A stretch of 64,000 bases of DNA from Octopus sinensis (lineage: Eukaryota). Shown here one piece after another: positions 48,691 to 61,734 of this stretch. The stretch spans positions 248,001 through 312,000 of the forward strand of contig NW_021832126.1 in NCBI RefSeq assembly GCF_006345805.1, written 5' to 3'. A program made the position numbers and the translations under genes. Under the pieces are notes generated by a model, which did not search any database, was not told the DNA's origin, and saw only the letters and a list, made by a program, of their open reading frames with translations. The first letter of the stretch is position 1, and each line of letters begins with the position of its first letter.

Positions 48691-51600
48691 CAAATTCAAT
48701 ATGGGACTTTCAAGTTCAAAGTGGGATTTTCCAAATTCAATATGGGATTTCCAAGTTCAAAGTGGGATTTTCCAAATTCAATATGGGATTTCCAAGTTCA
48801 AAGTGGGATTTTCCAAATTCAATATGGGATTTCCAAGTTCAAAGTGGGATTTTCCAAATTCAATATGGGACTTTCAAGTTCAAAGTGGGATTTTCCAAAT
48901 TCAATATGGGATTTCCAAGTTCAAAGTGGGATTTTCCAAATTCAATATGGGATTTCCAAGTTCAAAGTGGGATTTTCCAAATTCAATATGGGATTTCCAA
49001 GTTCAAGTGGGATTTTCCAAATTCAATATGGGACTTTCAAGTTCAAAGTGGGATTTTCCAAATTCAATATGGGATTTCCAAGTTCAAAGTGGGATTTTCC
49101 AATTCAATATGGGATTCCAAGTTCAAAGTGGGATTTTCCAAATTCAATATGGGATTTCCAAGTTCAAAGTGGGATTTTCCAAATTCAATATGGGATTTCC
49201 AAGTCAAAGTGGGATTTTCCAAATTCAATATGGGATTTCCAAGTTCAAAGTGGGATTTTCCAAATTCAATATGGGATTTCCAAGTTCAAGGATTTTCCAA
49301 ATTCAATATGGGATTTCCAAGTTCAAGGATTTTCCAAATTCAATATGGGATTTCCAAGTTCAAGGATTTTCCAAATTCAATATGGGATTTCCAAGTTCAA
49401 GGATTTTCCAAATTCAATATGGGACTTTCAAGTTCAAAGTGGGATTTTCCAAATTCAATATGGGATTTCCAAGTTCAAGGATTTTCCAAATTCAATATGG
49501 GATTTCCAAGTTCAAAGTGGGATTTTCCAAATTCAATATGGGATTTCCAAGTTCAAGGATTTTCCAAATTCAATATGGGATTTCCAAGTTCAAGGATTTT
49601 CCAAATTCAATATGGGATTTCCAAGTTCAAGGATTTTCCAAATTCAATATGGGACTTTCAAGTTCAAAGTGGGATTTTCCAAATTCAATATGGGATTTCC
49701 AAGTTCAAGGATTTTCCAAATTCAATGGGGATTTCCAAGTTCAAAGTGGGATTTTCCAAATTCAATATGGGATTTCCAAGTTCAAGGATTTTCCAAATTC
49801 AATATGGGATTTCCAAGTTCAAGGATTTTCCAATTCAATATGGGATTTCCAAGTTCAAGGATTTTCCAAATTCAATATGGGACTTTCAAGTTCAAAGTGG
49901 GATTTTCCAAATTCAATATGGGATTTCCAAGTTCAAGGATTTTCCAAATTCAATATGGGATTTCCAAGTTCAAGGATTTTCCAAATTCAATATGGGATTT
50001 CCAAGTTCAAGGATTTTCCAAATTCAATATGGGATTTCCAAGTTCAAGGATTTTCCAAATTCATATGGGATTTCCAAGTTCAAGGATTTTCCAAATTCAA
50101 TATGGGATTTCCAAGTTCAAGGATTTTCCAAATTCAATATGGGATTTCCAAGTTCAAGGATTTTCCAAATTCAATATGGACTTTCAAGTTCAAAGTGGGA
50201 TTTTCCAAATTCAATATGGGATTTCCAAGTTCAAAGTGGGATTTTCCAAATTCAATATGGGATTTCAAGTTCAAGGATTTTCCAAATTCAATATGGGATT
50301 TCAAGTTCAAAGTGGGATTTTCCAAATTCAATATGGGATTTCCAAGTTCAAAGTGGGATTTTCCAAATTCAATATGGGATTTCCAAGTTCAAGGATTTTC
50401 CAAATTCAATATGGGATTTCCAAGTTCAAGGATTTTCCAAATTCAATATGGGATTTCCAAGTTCAAGGATTTTCCAAATTCAATATGGGACTTTCAAGTT
50501 CAAAGTGGGATTTTCCAAATTCAATATGGGATTTCCAAGTTCAAGGATTTTCCAAATTCAATATGGGATTTCCAAGTTCAAAGTGGGATTTTCCAATTCA
50601 ATATGGGATTCCAAGTTCAAGGATTTTCCAAATTCAATATGGATTTCCAAGTTCAAGGATTTTCCAAATTCAATATGGGATTTCCAAGTTCAAGGATTTT
50701 CAAATTCAATATGGGACTTTCAAGTTCAAAGTGGGATTTTCCAAATTCAATATGGGATTTCCAAGTTCAAGGATTTTCCAAATTCAATATGGGATTTCCA
50801 AGTTCAAGGATTTTCCAAATTCAATATGGGATTTCCAAGTTCAAGGATTTTCCAAATTCAATATGGGACTTTCAAGTTCAAAGTGGATTTTCCAAATTCA
50901 ATATGGGATTTCCAAGTTCAAGGATTTTCCAAATTCAATATGGGATTTCCAAGTTCAAGGATTTTCCAAATTCAATATGGGATTTCCAAGTTCAAGGATT
51001 TTCCAAATTCAATATGGGATTCCAAGTTCAAGGATTTTCCAAATTCAATATGGGATTTCCAAGTTCAAAGTGGGATTTTCCAAATTCAATATGGGATTTC
51101 CAAGTTCAAAGTGGGATTTTCCAAATTCAATATGGGATTTCCAAGTTCAAGGATTTTCCAAATTCAATATGGGATTTCCAAGTTCAAGGATTTTCAAATT
51201 CAATATGGGATTTCCAAGTTCAAGGATTTTCCAAATTCAATATGGGATTTCCAAGTTCAAGGATTTTCCAAATTCAATATGGGATTTCCAAGTTCAAAGT
51301 GGGATTTTCCAAATTCAATATGGGATTTCCAAGTTCAAAGTGGGATTTTCCAAATTCAATATGGGATTTCCAAGTTCAAAGTGGGATTTTCCAAATTCAA
51401 TATGGGATTTCCAAGTTCAAGGATTTTCCAAATTCAATATGGGATTTCCAAGTTCAAGGATTTTCCAAATTCAATATGGGATTTCCAAGTTCAAGGATTT
51501 TCCAAATTCAATATGGGATTTCCAAGTTCAAGGATTTTCCAAATTCAATATGGATTTCCAAGTTCAAGGATTTTCCAAATTCAATATGGGATTTCCAAGT

Positions 51601-53098
51601 TCAAGGATTTTCCAAATTCAATATGGGATTCCAAGTTCAAAGTGGGATTTTCCAAATTCAATATGGGATTTCCAAGTTCAAGGATTTTCCAAATTCAAAT
51701 GGGATTTCCAAGTTCAAGGATTTTCCAAATTCAATATGGGACTTTCAAGTTCAAAGTGGGATTTTCCAAATTCAATATGGGATTTCCAAGTTCAAGGATT
51801 TTCCAAATTCAATATGGGATTTCCAAGTTCAAGGATTTTCCAAATTCATATGGGATTTCCAAGTTCAAGGATTTTCCAAATTCAATATGGGATTTCCAAG
51901 TTCAAGGATTTTCCAAATTCAATATGGGATTTCCAAGTTCAAGGATTTTCCAAATTCAATATGGGATTTCCAAGTTCAAAGTGGGATTTTCCAAATTCAA
52001 TATGGGATTTCCAAGTTCAAAGTGGGATTTTCCAAATTCAATATGGGATTTCCAAGTTCAAAGTGGGATTTTCCAAATTCAATATGGGATTTCCAAGTTC
52101 AAAGTGGGATTTTCCAATTCAATATGGGATTTCCAAGTTCAAAGTGGGATTTTCCAAATTCAATATGGGATTCCAAGTTCAAAGTGGGATTTTCCAAATT
52201 CAATATGGGATTTCCAAGTTCAAAGTGGGATTTTCCAAATTCAATATGGGATTTCCAAGTTCAAAGTGGGATTTTCCAAATTCAATATGGGATTTCCAAG
52301 TTCAAAGTGGGATTTTCCAAATTCAATATGGGATTTCCAAGTTCAAAGTGGGATTTTCCAAATTCAATATGGGATTTCCAAGTTCAAAGTGGGATTTTCC
52401 AAATTCAATATGGGATTTCCAAGTTCAAAGTGGGATTTTCCAAATTCAATATGGGATTTCCAAGTTCAAGGATTTTCCAAATTCAATATGGGATTCCAAG
52501 TTCAAGATTTTCCAAATTCAATATGGGATTTCCAAGTTCAAAGTGGGATTTTCAAATTCAATATGGGATTTCCAAGTTCAAAGTGGGATTTTCCAAATTC
52601 AATATGGGATTTCCAAGTTCAAGGATTTTCCAAATTCAATATGGGATTTCCAAGTTCAAAGTGGGATTTTCCAAATTCAATATGGGATTCCAAGTTCAAA
52701 GTGGGATTTTCCAAATTCAATATGGGATTTCCAAGTTCAAAGTGGGATTTTCCAAATTCAATATGGGATTTCCAAGTTCAAGGATTTTCCAAATTCAATA
52801 TGGGATTTCCAAGTTCAAGGATTTTCCAAATTCAATATGGGATTTCCAAGTTCAAAGTGGGATTTTCAAATTCAATATGGGATTTCCAAGTTCAAGGATT
52901 TTCCAAATTCAATATGGATTTCCAAGTTCAAGGATTTTCCAAATTCAATATGGGATTTCCAAGTTCAAGGATTTTCCAAATTCAATATGGGATTTCCAAG
53001 TTCAAAGTGGGATTTTCCAAATTCAATATGGGATTTCCAAGTTCAAAGTGGGATTTTCCAAATTCAATATGGGATTTCCAAGTTCAAGGATTTTCAAG
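48689..53098. repeat. About 4.4-kb satellite of 41-bp and 37-bp units
   Basis: Long unit TCCAAATTCAATATGGGATTTCCAAGTTCAAAGTGGGATTT, itself two related 20/21-bp halves. The short unit lacks 4 nt. A minor variant carries GGGACTTTC. Confidence 0.98.
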
Positions 53099-53994
53099 TC
53101 GGTTATTCAGTTTCAACACTGCAGTTCAGTTATAAAAGAGTCAAACATACCAACCCAATTGTACGTTTTAGATTATTCAATAAAATGATTGAACTCTATT
53201 TGAATGCTTGTTTTCAAATATTCAATTAGCTCATAATTTTCATTATATCCATAATCAACAAATTCACTCTCTCTTAAAAAGTGTAATTTCCCGCACTTCG
53301 AATGCTGATATGAATCGATAAAAAAGGAAATAACATGATTTCTGACAATTTGAGACACTTTTTAAAGTGAATTTGAAAAAGAAATGAGTGTTTTTTGATC
53401 ACATTCACCGCAAATATGTTTCATCTTGCCGCTAACTTACAATTGGAAATAATTGATTTTAGATATCACTCAGATCTGAAACATCATGATAAAAACATTC
53501 TACAAGGAAGGAAGTAAATTAATTTCTCAATTAAACCATGAAATTTATTAAACAAAACCAATGAAATTTATTAAACCAATTATCAATAACCAAATAATTT
53601 GGCTTTTTCTTGGTAGTAAAGAAATGTTGCGACGTTATCTGGTTCGGAAAAAAATTTTGCGAGCTTATCTTTTTTCGGAAAAAAATTTACGACCTTTTCT
53701 TGTTCGGATTTTGAATACATTAAAAAATGGTCATCTCCATTCACAAATCTTAGGCAACGAATATGTCCGCGATAATCCTCACAAAGTACAACTGTACTTG
53801 GGGAAGCTTTTCGAATGAGCCTGCCACAATATACGCATCTTCCAAGCTCTTCACCTCCGAATGTTGCTGCTGTGACTCTCTCGTGGAGACGGTTGTTATT
53901 TTTTATATTCACGCTGTCGCTAAATGACAGCAAATGTTGAATTTCAGGACTGGAAAATGTGAAATTACATCGCGGAGCACTCAATTTATCATGA

Positions 53995-54358
53995 ATTTTC
54001 AATAATTCTTCAAGCGTATAACCTAACAGCGTAATTAAAAAACAATCAGCCTGTTGTGTTTTCTCTTGAGTCAAGATCAAATATATTAATTTTCAATAAT
54101 TCTTCCTCCGTATAATCTAACAGCGTAATTAAAAAACAATCAGCCTGTTGTGTTTTCTCTTGAGTTAAGATGAAATTTATCACTAATTTTCAATAATTCT
54201 TCCTGCGCATAATCTAACAGCGTAATTAAAAAACAATCAGCCTGTTGTGTTTTCTCTTGAGTTAAGATGAAATTTATCACTAATTTTCAATAATTCTTCC
54301 TGCGCATAATCTAACAGCGTAATTAAAAAACAATCAGCCTGTTGTGTTTTCTCTTGAG
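53995..54358. repeat. About 96-bp tandem repeat, 4 copies
   Basis: CAGCGTAATTAAAAAACAATCAGCCTGTTGTGTTTTCTCTTGAG at 54027, 54121, 54218 and 54315. Confidence 0.92.
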
Positions 54359-55099
54359 CTAAAATTTAATTGCATTTAGTACAAGTACAACAAAAAAAGG
54401 AAACAAAATTTATTAAAATAATTTTAATATATATTTACAAAATTATTAGAAAAATATTACAACTTAATTTTATAATATTTAGAATTACGTCTCCTAAATG
54501 TTAATTATTTACTATTTTGAGTATTGTGGCAGGCTCGTTAGAAAAGCTTCCCCAAGGCATTGCTAGATTTGTTACCTATAATACACACAATTACACCAAA
54601 TGAAATATTCAATCCACTACGGCAAACAAGATTGACAGGCCGAAACATTGAATATTTTTCGTGCTTAAAAAGTGTAATTTCCCCCACATCGAATGCTGAT
54701 ATGAATCGATACAAAAAGAAAACAACATTATTTTTGACAATTTGAGACACTTTTTGAAGTGAACTTGAAAAAGAAATGAGTGTTTTTTGATTACCATTCA
54801 CCACCAATATGTTTCAACTTACAACTGTAAGGAAAGAAAGGAAAAATATTTATTTAAAAAGAGGCACAAAATTCGTTTGACACCCTTGCATCAAAAGTTT
54901 CGGTTTCTAGAGCTTTTTGTTTTCAAGACTCAATTTTCAACTTAATTTTGAATAATCTCTCAATTCAGTGTTGAACTGATATGCATCAGCCTCAAATCTT
55001 TTGAAGGATTCAGTTTTTTCTATGTAAAGATGATCTTTTTTGTGAATTCGATCTTGTCTTTAATCTTTTTATCAATCTTCGCTAAACGAATTTCAGAAG

Positions 55100-55780
55100 T
55101 TATTGTTAGTTAGTTATGTTACCCCGGCTTCACTAACACGTAGGAAGCCGGCTGCAATCAGGTAGCGAGACGCGAAGATCGGGCGCTCCCAGAAATCCCG
55201 AATTCCAATAGGCAGAGACTAGTGAGGCGGTCCAGGACAGGGGAAGAGGTCTTCAGGGGTGAAGGAACGGTATGTTTCGAAAATGAGTGGATGATGTCCC
55301 GAGCGAATCTGAGCAAGCTGGACACGGAGATATCTGCCGAGTGATTGCTCTGAGGAGTGGACCGGCGGGGGGGAGAGTTGAGAAGTTTGTTGTTTTTGAG
55401 CATCCTGATACCACGAGAGGAGATGTAGTCATGGATTAGTTTATTCGCAGTTTTCCCATTGTTGGTTGAGAGTATTTTTGAAAGACATCTACATTGATCG
55501 GCCAGAGTAGAAATGACGTGTCTTTTGTTTTCTGGAATAGAGATATTATGACTTGGATGAGAAGAGTCTTGTATTTCCTGGAGTTTTGGATTCTTTGGAG
55601 TTTTTGGAGGTTTGAATAAGACAAGTTTCATTCCATGAATCAACGATGTGGGTCACCTTCACGTGGTGTTGTTTGGATGCTGTGATTACAGTAACTAAAA
55701 GACCCTCAACAATCTCCCCATCCGATCGTTGTCACCATCTTTTTGCCTGCAATTGAGCGAGCACAAAGCTCTCGCTCCCA
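55100..55780 (-). mobile_element. LINE 3' end with degenerate C-terminal region and TAAC-like tail
   Basis: RVQLAQIRSGHH motif in a frame other than the listed ORF; tail ATAACTAACTAACAATAAC at about 55100-55120. Confidence 0.7.
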
Positions 55781-55985
55781 TGCTCCCCTTTATAAAATGT
55801 AACAAAAAGTCGTTCAAATCATATAAAGGCGGACTGGCTAATGCAACGGTTCTTGATCGCCTTTATCAAATGAAACAGTTTGGCAATCCCCCAGGCTACA
55901 TATATATCATAAACATAATACTAACTAGTTTATCTGAGTATTTAATTGAGGACATAAAAAAATCATATAAATTTAATGCTAAATA

Positions 55986-57680
55986 GGAAGAAGACTATAT
56001 TTTTACGATGGACATGAAAAAATGCACATGTATGATATGCAATAAAATTATTTCATTACCTAAAAGAGGAAATCTTTGTCGGCATTTTAATTCATTACAT
56101 TCCGAGTTCAACCAAGACTTTCTCTTAAATTCATTATTACGAAAAAAGAAAGTTGAACAATTAAAAAGATTTTTTTTCACAACATAAAATTTGAAAGACT
56201 TCCTCAATTCGTCCAGATCTGCAACAATTGCATCATCGCGAGTCACACGTCTCCTAGTAAAGCACAAAAAAACCTTTCACTGATAGTGAAATTTTAAAAT
56301 CTTGTTTGTTGAAAATTGTTGATTCACTATTTGATGATATCAAAAATAAACAGGAAATTTCAAAATGTATTAAAAACCTGCCACTCTCAAAACAGTTTGA
56401 AGAACTGAAAGTATTTCAGAAAATCTTTTTCTCATTTAAAAAAGAATCTGCAGAAATGATATGTTTTTCCCTAAAGTTTGACGAATAAAACGATGCGATT
56501 GATATTGCTCACTAACTGTGAAAGAAGAGCTATTTGCTATCATAAATCTAAAAGAAAGAAAAACTGGTGAAAATATTTATAATTCTTTTAAAAAGTTTTT
56601 GTTATCATTCTAATTATTACCGTAAATAAAGAAACTTGCATCCATAACAACAGATGGAGAAAAATAAAAATGGAAAAAAATGGATTTATTGCATTTTGTC
56701 GGAAAGATGTTCATTTTAGGAATTTTTTAACATATCATTGCATCATTCACCAACATGCATTATGTGAAAAAATGTTAAATTTTAACTATGTTATGTAGCC
56801 TACCTTTAAAATTATTAATTTCATAAGAGCAAAGGCGTTACAAAGGAGATTATTTCGAGTTTTTCTACAAGAAGTTGATGCAATCTATGGCGATCTATTT
56901 TTACATTGCGACACAAGATGATTAAGCAAAGGATTAATTTTCACTCGTTTCAGAGAATTATTATCAGATGTTAAAGAATTGTCTAAAGAAAACAACAAGA
57001 ATTGGCATTTTCTTGAAAATTTTGATTGATTATTGGCATTTTTAACTGATATTACCACAAAACTGAATGACTTAATTTAGAATCGCAGGGAAATAATAAA
57101 TATATTTTCGATGTGGTCAGCTCAATAAATGCTTTCATAATAAAGTTGGAAATATAGATATCTCAAATCCGAAAAGAAAATTTTACTCATTTTCAAACAT
57201 TGAATATGAATTCACAAAACAACTTGCCGATAAAAATCATTATCTCAAAAATTTGCAATGGTACTAGAAAATATAATAAATGAGTTTAAACACAAACAAA
57301 TTACAATATTATGCAGTTTCTTAGCTTGGAGAAAGACATCGAAAATGTTTCAGAAGAATTTAAAACGATTTTTGACGTTGAACCAAAACATATTGAAATA
57401 GAAATTATAAATCTAAAAATTGATCTCATCTTAGAATCAAATTCTATTGTCGACATGTAGAGATTTCTGTCTCTACAAAAATATCCAATATTGATTGATT
57501 CGTATAAACGAATTCTTTCATGCTTTGGAAGCACATATTTATGCGAAACATTATTTTCAAGCATAAAAAGTATCAAACTTCAATACAGGACCCGTTTAAC
57601 GGATAACCATCTTGCGGATTGCATGAGGATGGCACTAACCTCATATAAGCCAGAATTCAAGAGAATTACAATGCCAAAAA
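55986..57680 (+). mobile_element. Decayed hAT transposase (SPIN/GTF2IRD2-like)
   Basis: CMICNK...NLCRHF..LH, ITTDG, HCIIHQHALC, FGSTYLCETLFS...RTRLTD, with many stops. TIRs were not identified. Confidence 0.8.
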
Positions 57681-57948
57681 TCCCATTAACTTTTAATTAT
57701 AAAATACAACTTTTGTTATTAAAATATAAAAATCGGTCGTCAAAAAATCGCAATATGAAAAGTAGCTCGTCAGTAAAAAATATTAGCCTCTCCTGGAGTA
57801 GTGTATTGAAACGTGCTGCAGCCGTTCCTTACGCTTCTAACAGCTCACGCTATTAATAGTTTATCAGGCTATAGGTAATAGTTCATCAGAACAAAATTTG
57901 CACCAGAAAAAATCATTTAATTTAACAATGTACTGATGTAAGGAACAA

Positions 57949-58858
57949 TTAAACTAATATAAAATCATCGACAAAATGTGGTCTTGTAGACACCTCAATG
58001 GGCCTTGTGTATGTCAAAAAACTTGTAATTTTAATTTGAGACAAATTCTTGTCCCCCATTGTAGACCTGACGACTAACGTGGACTCAAGTCTCTGAAAAG
58101 TCAAAGCATCAACCTGGGCAATCCCCACCAACAATATACCCAATCTTGGAACGTCAATGCACTCTCAGGAGTGACCTCCTCGATCACTTTGAACGAATAA
58201 TAAGTAAATCTATCAGTCAACGGAATCCCAAACACAAAATTAATATGCGACTAAAACTTTAATTTCACAACACGACCGAATAGGCGTTCTCTTTGGCCGA
58301 ACTTGTAGCAAAGGCAAGGACATTGGGACTGTGGATGTGGTCAATCATGCCCTGAGCACCACACGAATCAACCACAATCACCAACTTCCCATATCTTCAT
58401 CAATCAAACAAGAAAACCTGTTTTTAGAATACATATGCTCGATCGTGTCCCCCAATTCACGACCTTCCAAATTCTCGGAGTATCTGACCCTCAAAAACTG
58501 ATCATTTCCGTGACCTAACACTATCGGGGACTCACAACCTCCCAGATATATAAACACATTGCTTTTTGACGTCGACTCCAATCTTCGATAGTAGGGACCG
58601 TCCATGTGGCCAGTGAGGATCCTCGTGAAGAGCTCCTTGGAGAACTAGGAGGTCGAAAAATGAGAGAACTGCAGATCCGTGGTAATCCACGTCGATTGGT
58701 TCGCCACTGTAAAGTTCGGGCTCGTCGAAAGAACAATACATTTTGGCGGGAAATAAATTTCGGGAGTGACAGGCCATGTCATCTCCGAACATGAGGATTA
58801 TTCGGCTATTTTGGTTGGTTTTATAATTACTTGTCGGGGAATCCTGACTTGCGGGCAT
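57949..58858 (-). CDS. Hypothetical multi-exon gene, product unknown
   Basis: Chain of overlapping minus-strand ORFs with gene-like composition, directly downstream of FAM50. No family recognised. Confidence 0.4.
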
Positions 58859-59150
58859 GTCGGTAGAATCTTAAGGCGTCGACGGAATGGCGGTAATTCC
58901 TGTAATTGACTGATGTGGATGCAATTACTATCCATGGGTCATTTAAAGTGTCATAATTTAAGTTTATTTTATCATAATTATTCATCAAACAAACCTATTT
59001 TATAATAATAGGTTTATTAACCTGATATACCCACAGCATAATAATTAAAACATACATACAACACGTCAACAAAAATAAATATGTATAATTAATTCTAGCA
59101 AATTAAAAAAATATTTATTATCCTAAATCCATAAAAAATAATTAAAAAAA

Positions 59151-60081
59151 TTATTCACACCTATGACGAGCCGGGTCATAGGACTCCCACCGATCAGCCG
59201 GATAAATATGCCTGTGCTTCTCAAACCAATCCCGAGTACAGACCTTAGTCATATCATCAATATAGGGGGCAGGGGAGGACTCAGCACTACCAGTCAGTCA
59301 CTCACATCACCCAAACAGCAGTCCTGACCTCCCATATGCCTTCGATACAATCAGATCATAAAACGTGTAGTAAAATGGGACAATCACATCATCCCTTACA
59401 AACATTAAATTCTCACTGCTGATTGTCCTGAGCTCCACAAACTCCTCTCTGAGCACTTCGAGGGCACTTTGGAGGAACTCCTGGACTGACATGCCCTTCT
59501 TCACGTTGACTTGTTGGTGGTGACCCTCCCCGTCCCAGTAGCTGTACTCCAGTTCTAAATACTCGCTCTTTGTGTTCTCCTGCATTTCCTTCCATTCTTC
59601 CACCAGACTTTGAATGAGCTTGTTTTCGGCCTCTTCCCGCTCAATGTCGGGGAGGAAACTCGTGTCCACTGCTGGGTTCTTCCCTTAAGGGGTAGTTTGG
59701 GGGAATACTCAGTCTCTTGGGGGGAGGGGACTCCAAATCAGACTCCTCGTCCACTTGGAATGAAAGAAGGGATTTCTAAGTGTTGGATTCAGTCTACTTG
59801 ACAGGTTGGGACTTTTTTGGGCAGTTGGGGGGACTGTTGGGGGGATGTTTTGGTGGTGACTGTCTCCTTTTGATGTTTCTCCATTTCGTCGAAGGTCAGT
59901 AGGCCTGGAGGGTTAGAATTTGGAGGGGACCGATTGACTTTACTTTGTCTTGGATGACATCATGGCGTTCAAATTTTTGGTCAATGTCGGGGACTTCGTC
60001 TGGGATTTTTCTTTTGATTTTTAATTCCTGGGTTTTTTTGTTTTTTGAGGTTTGGCGACCTGAGTCATTATAGTTAACCAT
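59151..60081 (-). CDS. FAM50A: FAM50/XAP5 family nuclear protein
   Basis: IDQKF, DTSFLPDIEREE, YSYWDGEGH, ENLMFVRDDVIVP, YGRSGLLF; last exon WFEKHRHIYPADRWESYDP. Confidence 0.93.
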
Positions 60082-60391
60082 TTATCTATCACGATAATAG
60101 CGGCAAGTACCACATAAACAAGATTTATTTTTATTCTAAAATTATTATTTCAAAAATCACTTATGATTATTTAAATTAAATTATAATAAATATGTAATTT
60201 CAAACTCAGTATTAATAGAAAATACAATATCAGAGATAATTCTTGTAAATTATTTAATGTCCTTTTACAAGCTTGTGTATTGTGCAAATCAAAACTTTTT
60301 AATAAAGTTTATTAATGTATAAAATAATTAAGTTTTTAAGTGGAAAACGTTTCAATTTAATAACATTTGATTTGACCTAATTACAACATAA

Positions 60392-61460
60392 ATGAAATAC
60401 CAGTCATTGGAGAATAGAGAAACAGATTGGAGAAATGTTTTTGATACAAAATTGGAAGGATTAAACAAAGAAATAAAGATTGAGATTACAGATTTATTTA
60501 TCAATATGTTTCATGACCTCGAAATTCGTAATTCGGAATTGGCTGACTGTCGACGTGAACTCCACGACCAACAATCAGAAAATGAAGAATTATTAAATCA
60601 ACTCAAAATTGAATCGGTTCAAAAAGAAATAGAAATTCAAGTTTTTTCCAAACATTTCAGTTTTAGAAAATGGCACAACTTGAACAAATGTACAACAACA
60701 CTCAGTTTGAGTTGGAAAATCAGACTAGTCTTTATAACGAAATCAAACATTCGCAAAAACACGACTCGGGTTTAAAAATTTGTCGATTTTTAGCTCGAAT
60801 CACATCCGAGGCCTATTTCAGCTTAAAAGAGAGTTTTAATAAGCTTTTGGAGGACCACCATCGTGTAATCAAATTTTGAGTATTTTGAGTTACGTGCGTT
60901 GTATTTGGCTCAATTTGAGAACGAGTGGGCCTCAGTTGAGAGTGAGGAAAAGCAACAAGATTGTCTAATGTCTTCTCAACACGACACGTTTTCCCTTTTA
61001 GACGATCAAACAAATATTAGTCAAAACATTGATTTAGAAAACGAAAAAAAAGAATTCCAGTTTTTCCAAATTGCCCCAACAGGTTTGAGTTATTTTGCAG
61101 ATTTTTTAAAGATTTTGACCAAGGAATATCTCTCGGGAATATCTCCCAAGTACCGTTTTATATTTATTGTAGAATTCGATGGGCACTCAGACAGATTTTG
61201 CGAATGAAATCCCTCCAACAATGCACAACGGAGGTTGAAAATCGGATTTTAAGATTATTTTAAACGTTGTTTTAAATCTTTTAGCTATATTACAAGATGA
61301 GATTAACTCGCAGTGTAAAGTTGAGGTTAAACCGGGTATTTGATTTATCATTAATTTAGAAATCAAATATTTGTTTGCGGAAGAGAAACGTGTAGAACCA
61401 AAACAGAAAATTCTAAAAAAGAAAAGTCTGAGTGATGAAACTACAAATTAGGCTCTTTTG
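60392..61460 (+). CDS. Hypothetical protein with N-terminal coiled coil
   Basis: Successive plus-strand ORFs rich in E/Q/K/L, separated by short AT-rich gaps. No family recognised. Confidence 0.45.
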
Positions 61461-61734
61461 ATAGGAATGCTCAATTTAAAAATAATGGAACCAGGACTAG
61501 TGCGTTGTTTTCTGATTTCGGAATTACTTACAAGACTTGTTCAGATTCAGGTTTAAAAAGTTGTGAATGTATTTTATAGAAATGCCACCGCCGTCTACAA
61601 ATGTTTAAACTTTAATTTGATTTTTGTAGATCAAAATGAAAAAATTTTAATAAATTTTAACTAAACACAAAACATAACTAACACTTGCAGTTTTTTTCTG
61701 GACTAATCTAATCAGATTTGGACTAAATGTCTTT

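Noticed and set aside
48689-53098. CRISPR-like or telomeric interpretation of the array
   Set aside because: There are no unique spacers, no cas genes and no TTAGGG-type unit, and the context is eukaryotic.
48472-53229. Three ORFs of about 1500 aa on the plus strand
   Set aside because: The 41- and 37-bp units contain no plus-strand stop codon and are not multiples of 3, so all frames cycle through the same peptides. This is a satellite artefact, not coding sequence.
55158-55643. 161-aa ORF, and the similar ORF at 48002-48322, as novel proteins
   Set aside because: They are alternative frames of a LINE 3' region; the recognisable LAQIRSGH motif lies in another frame.
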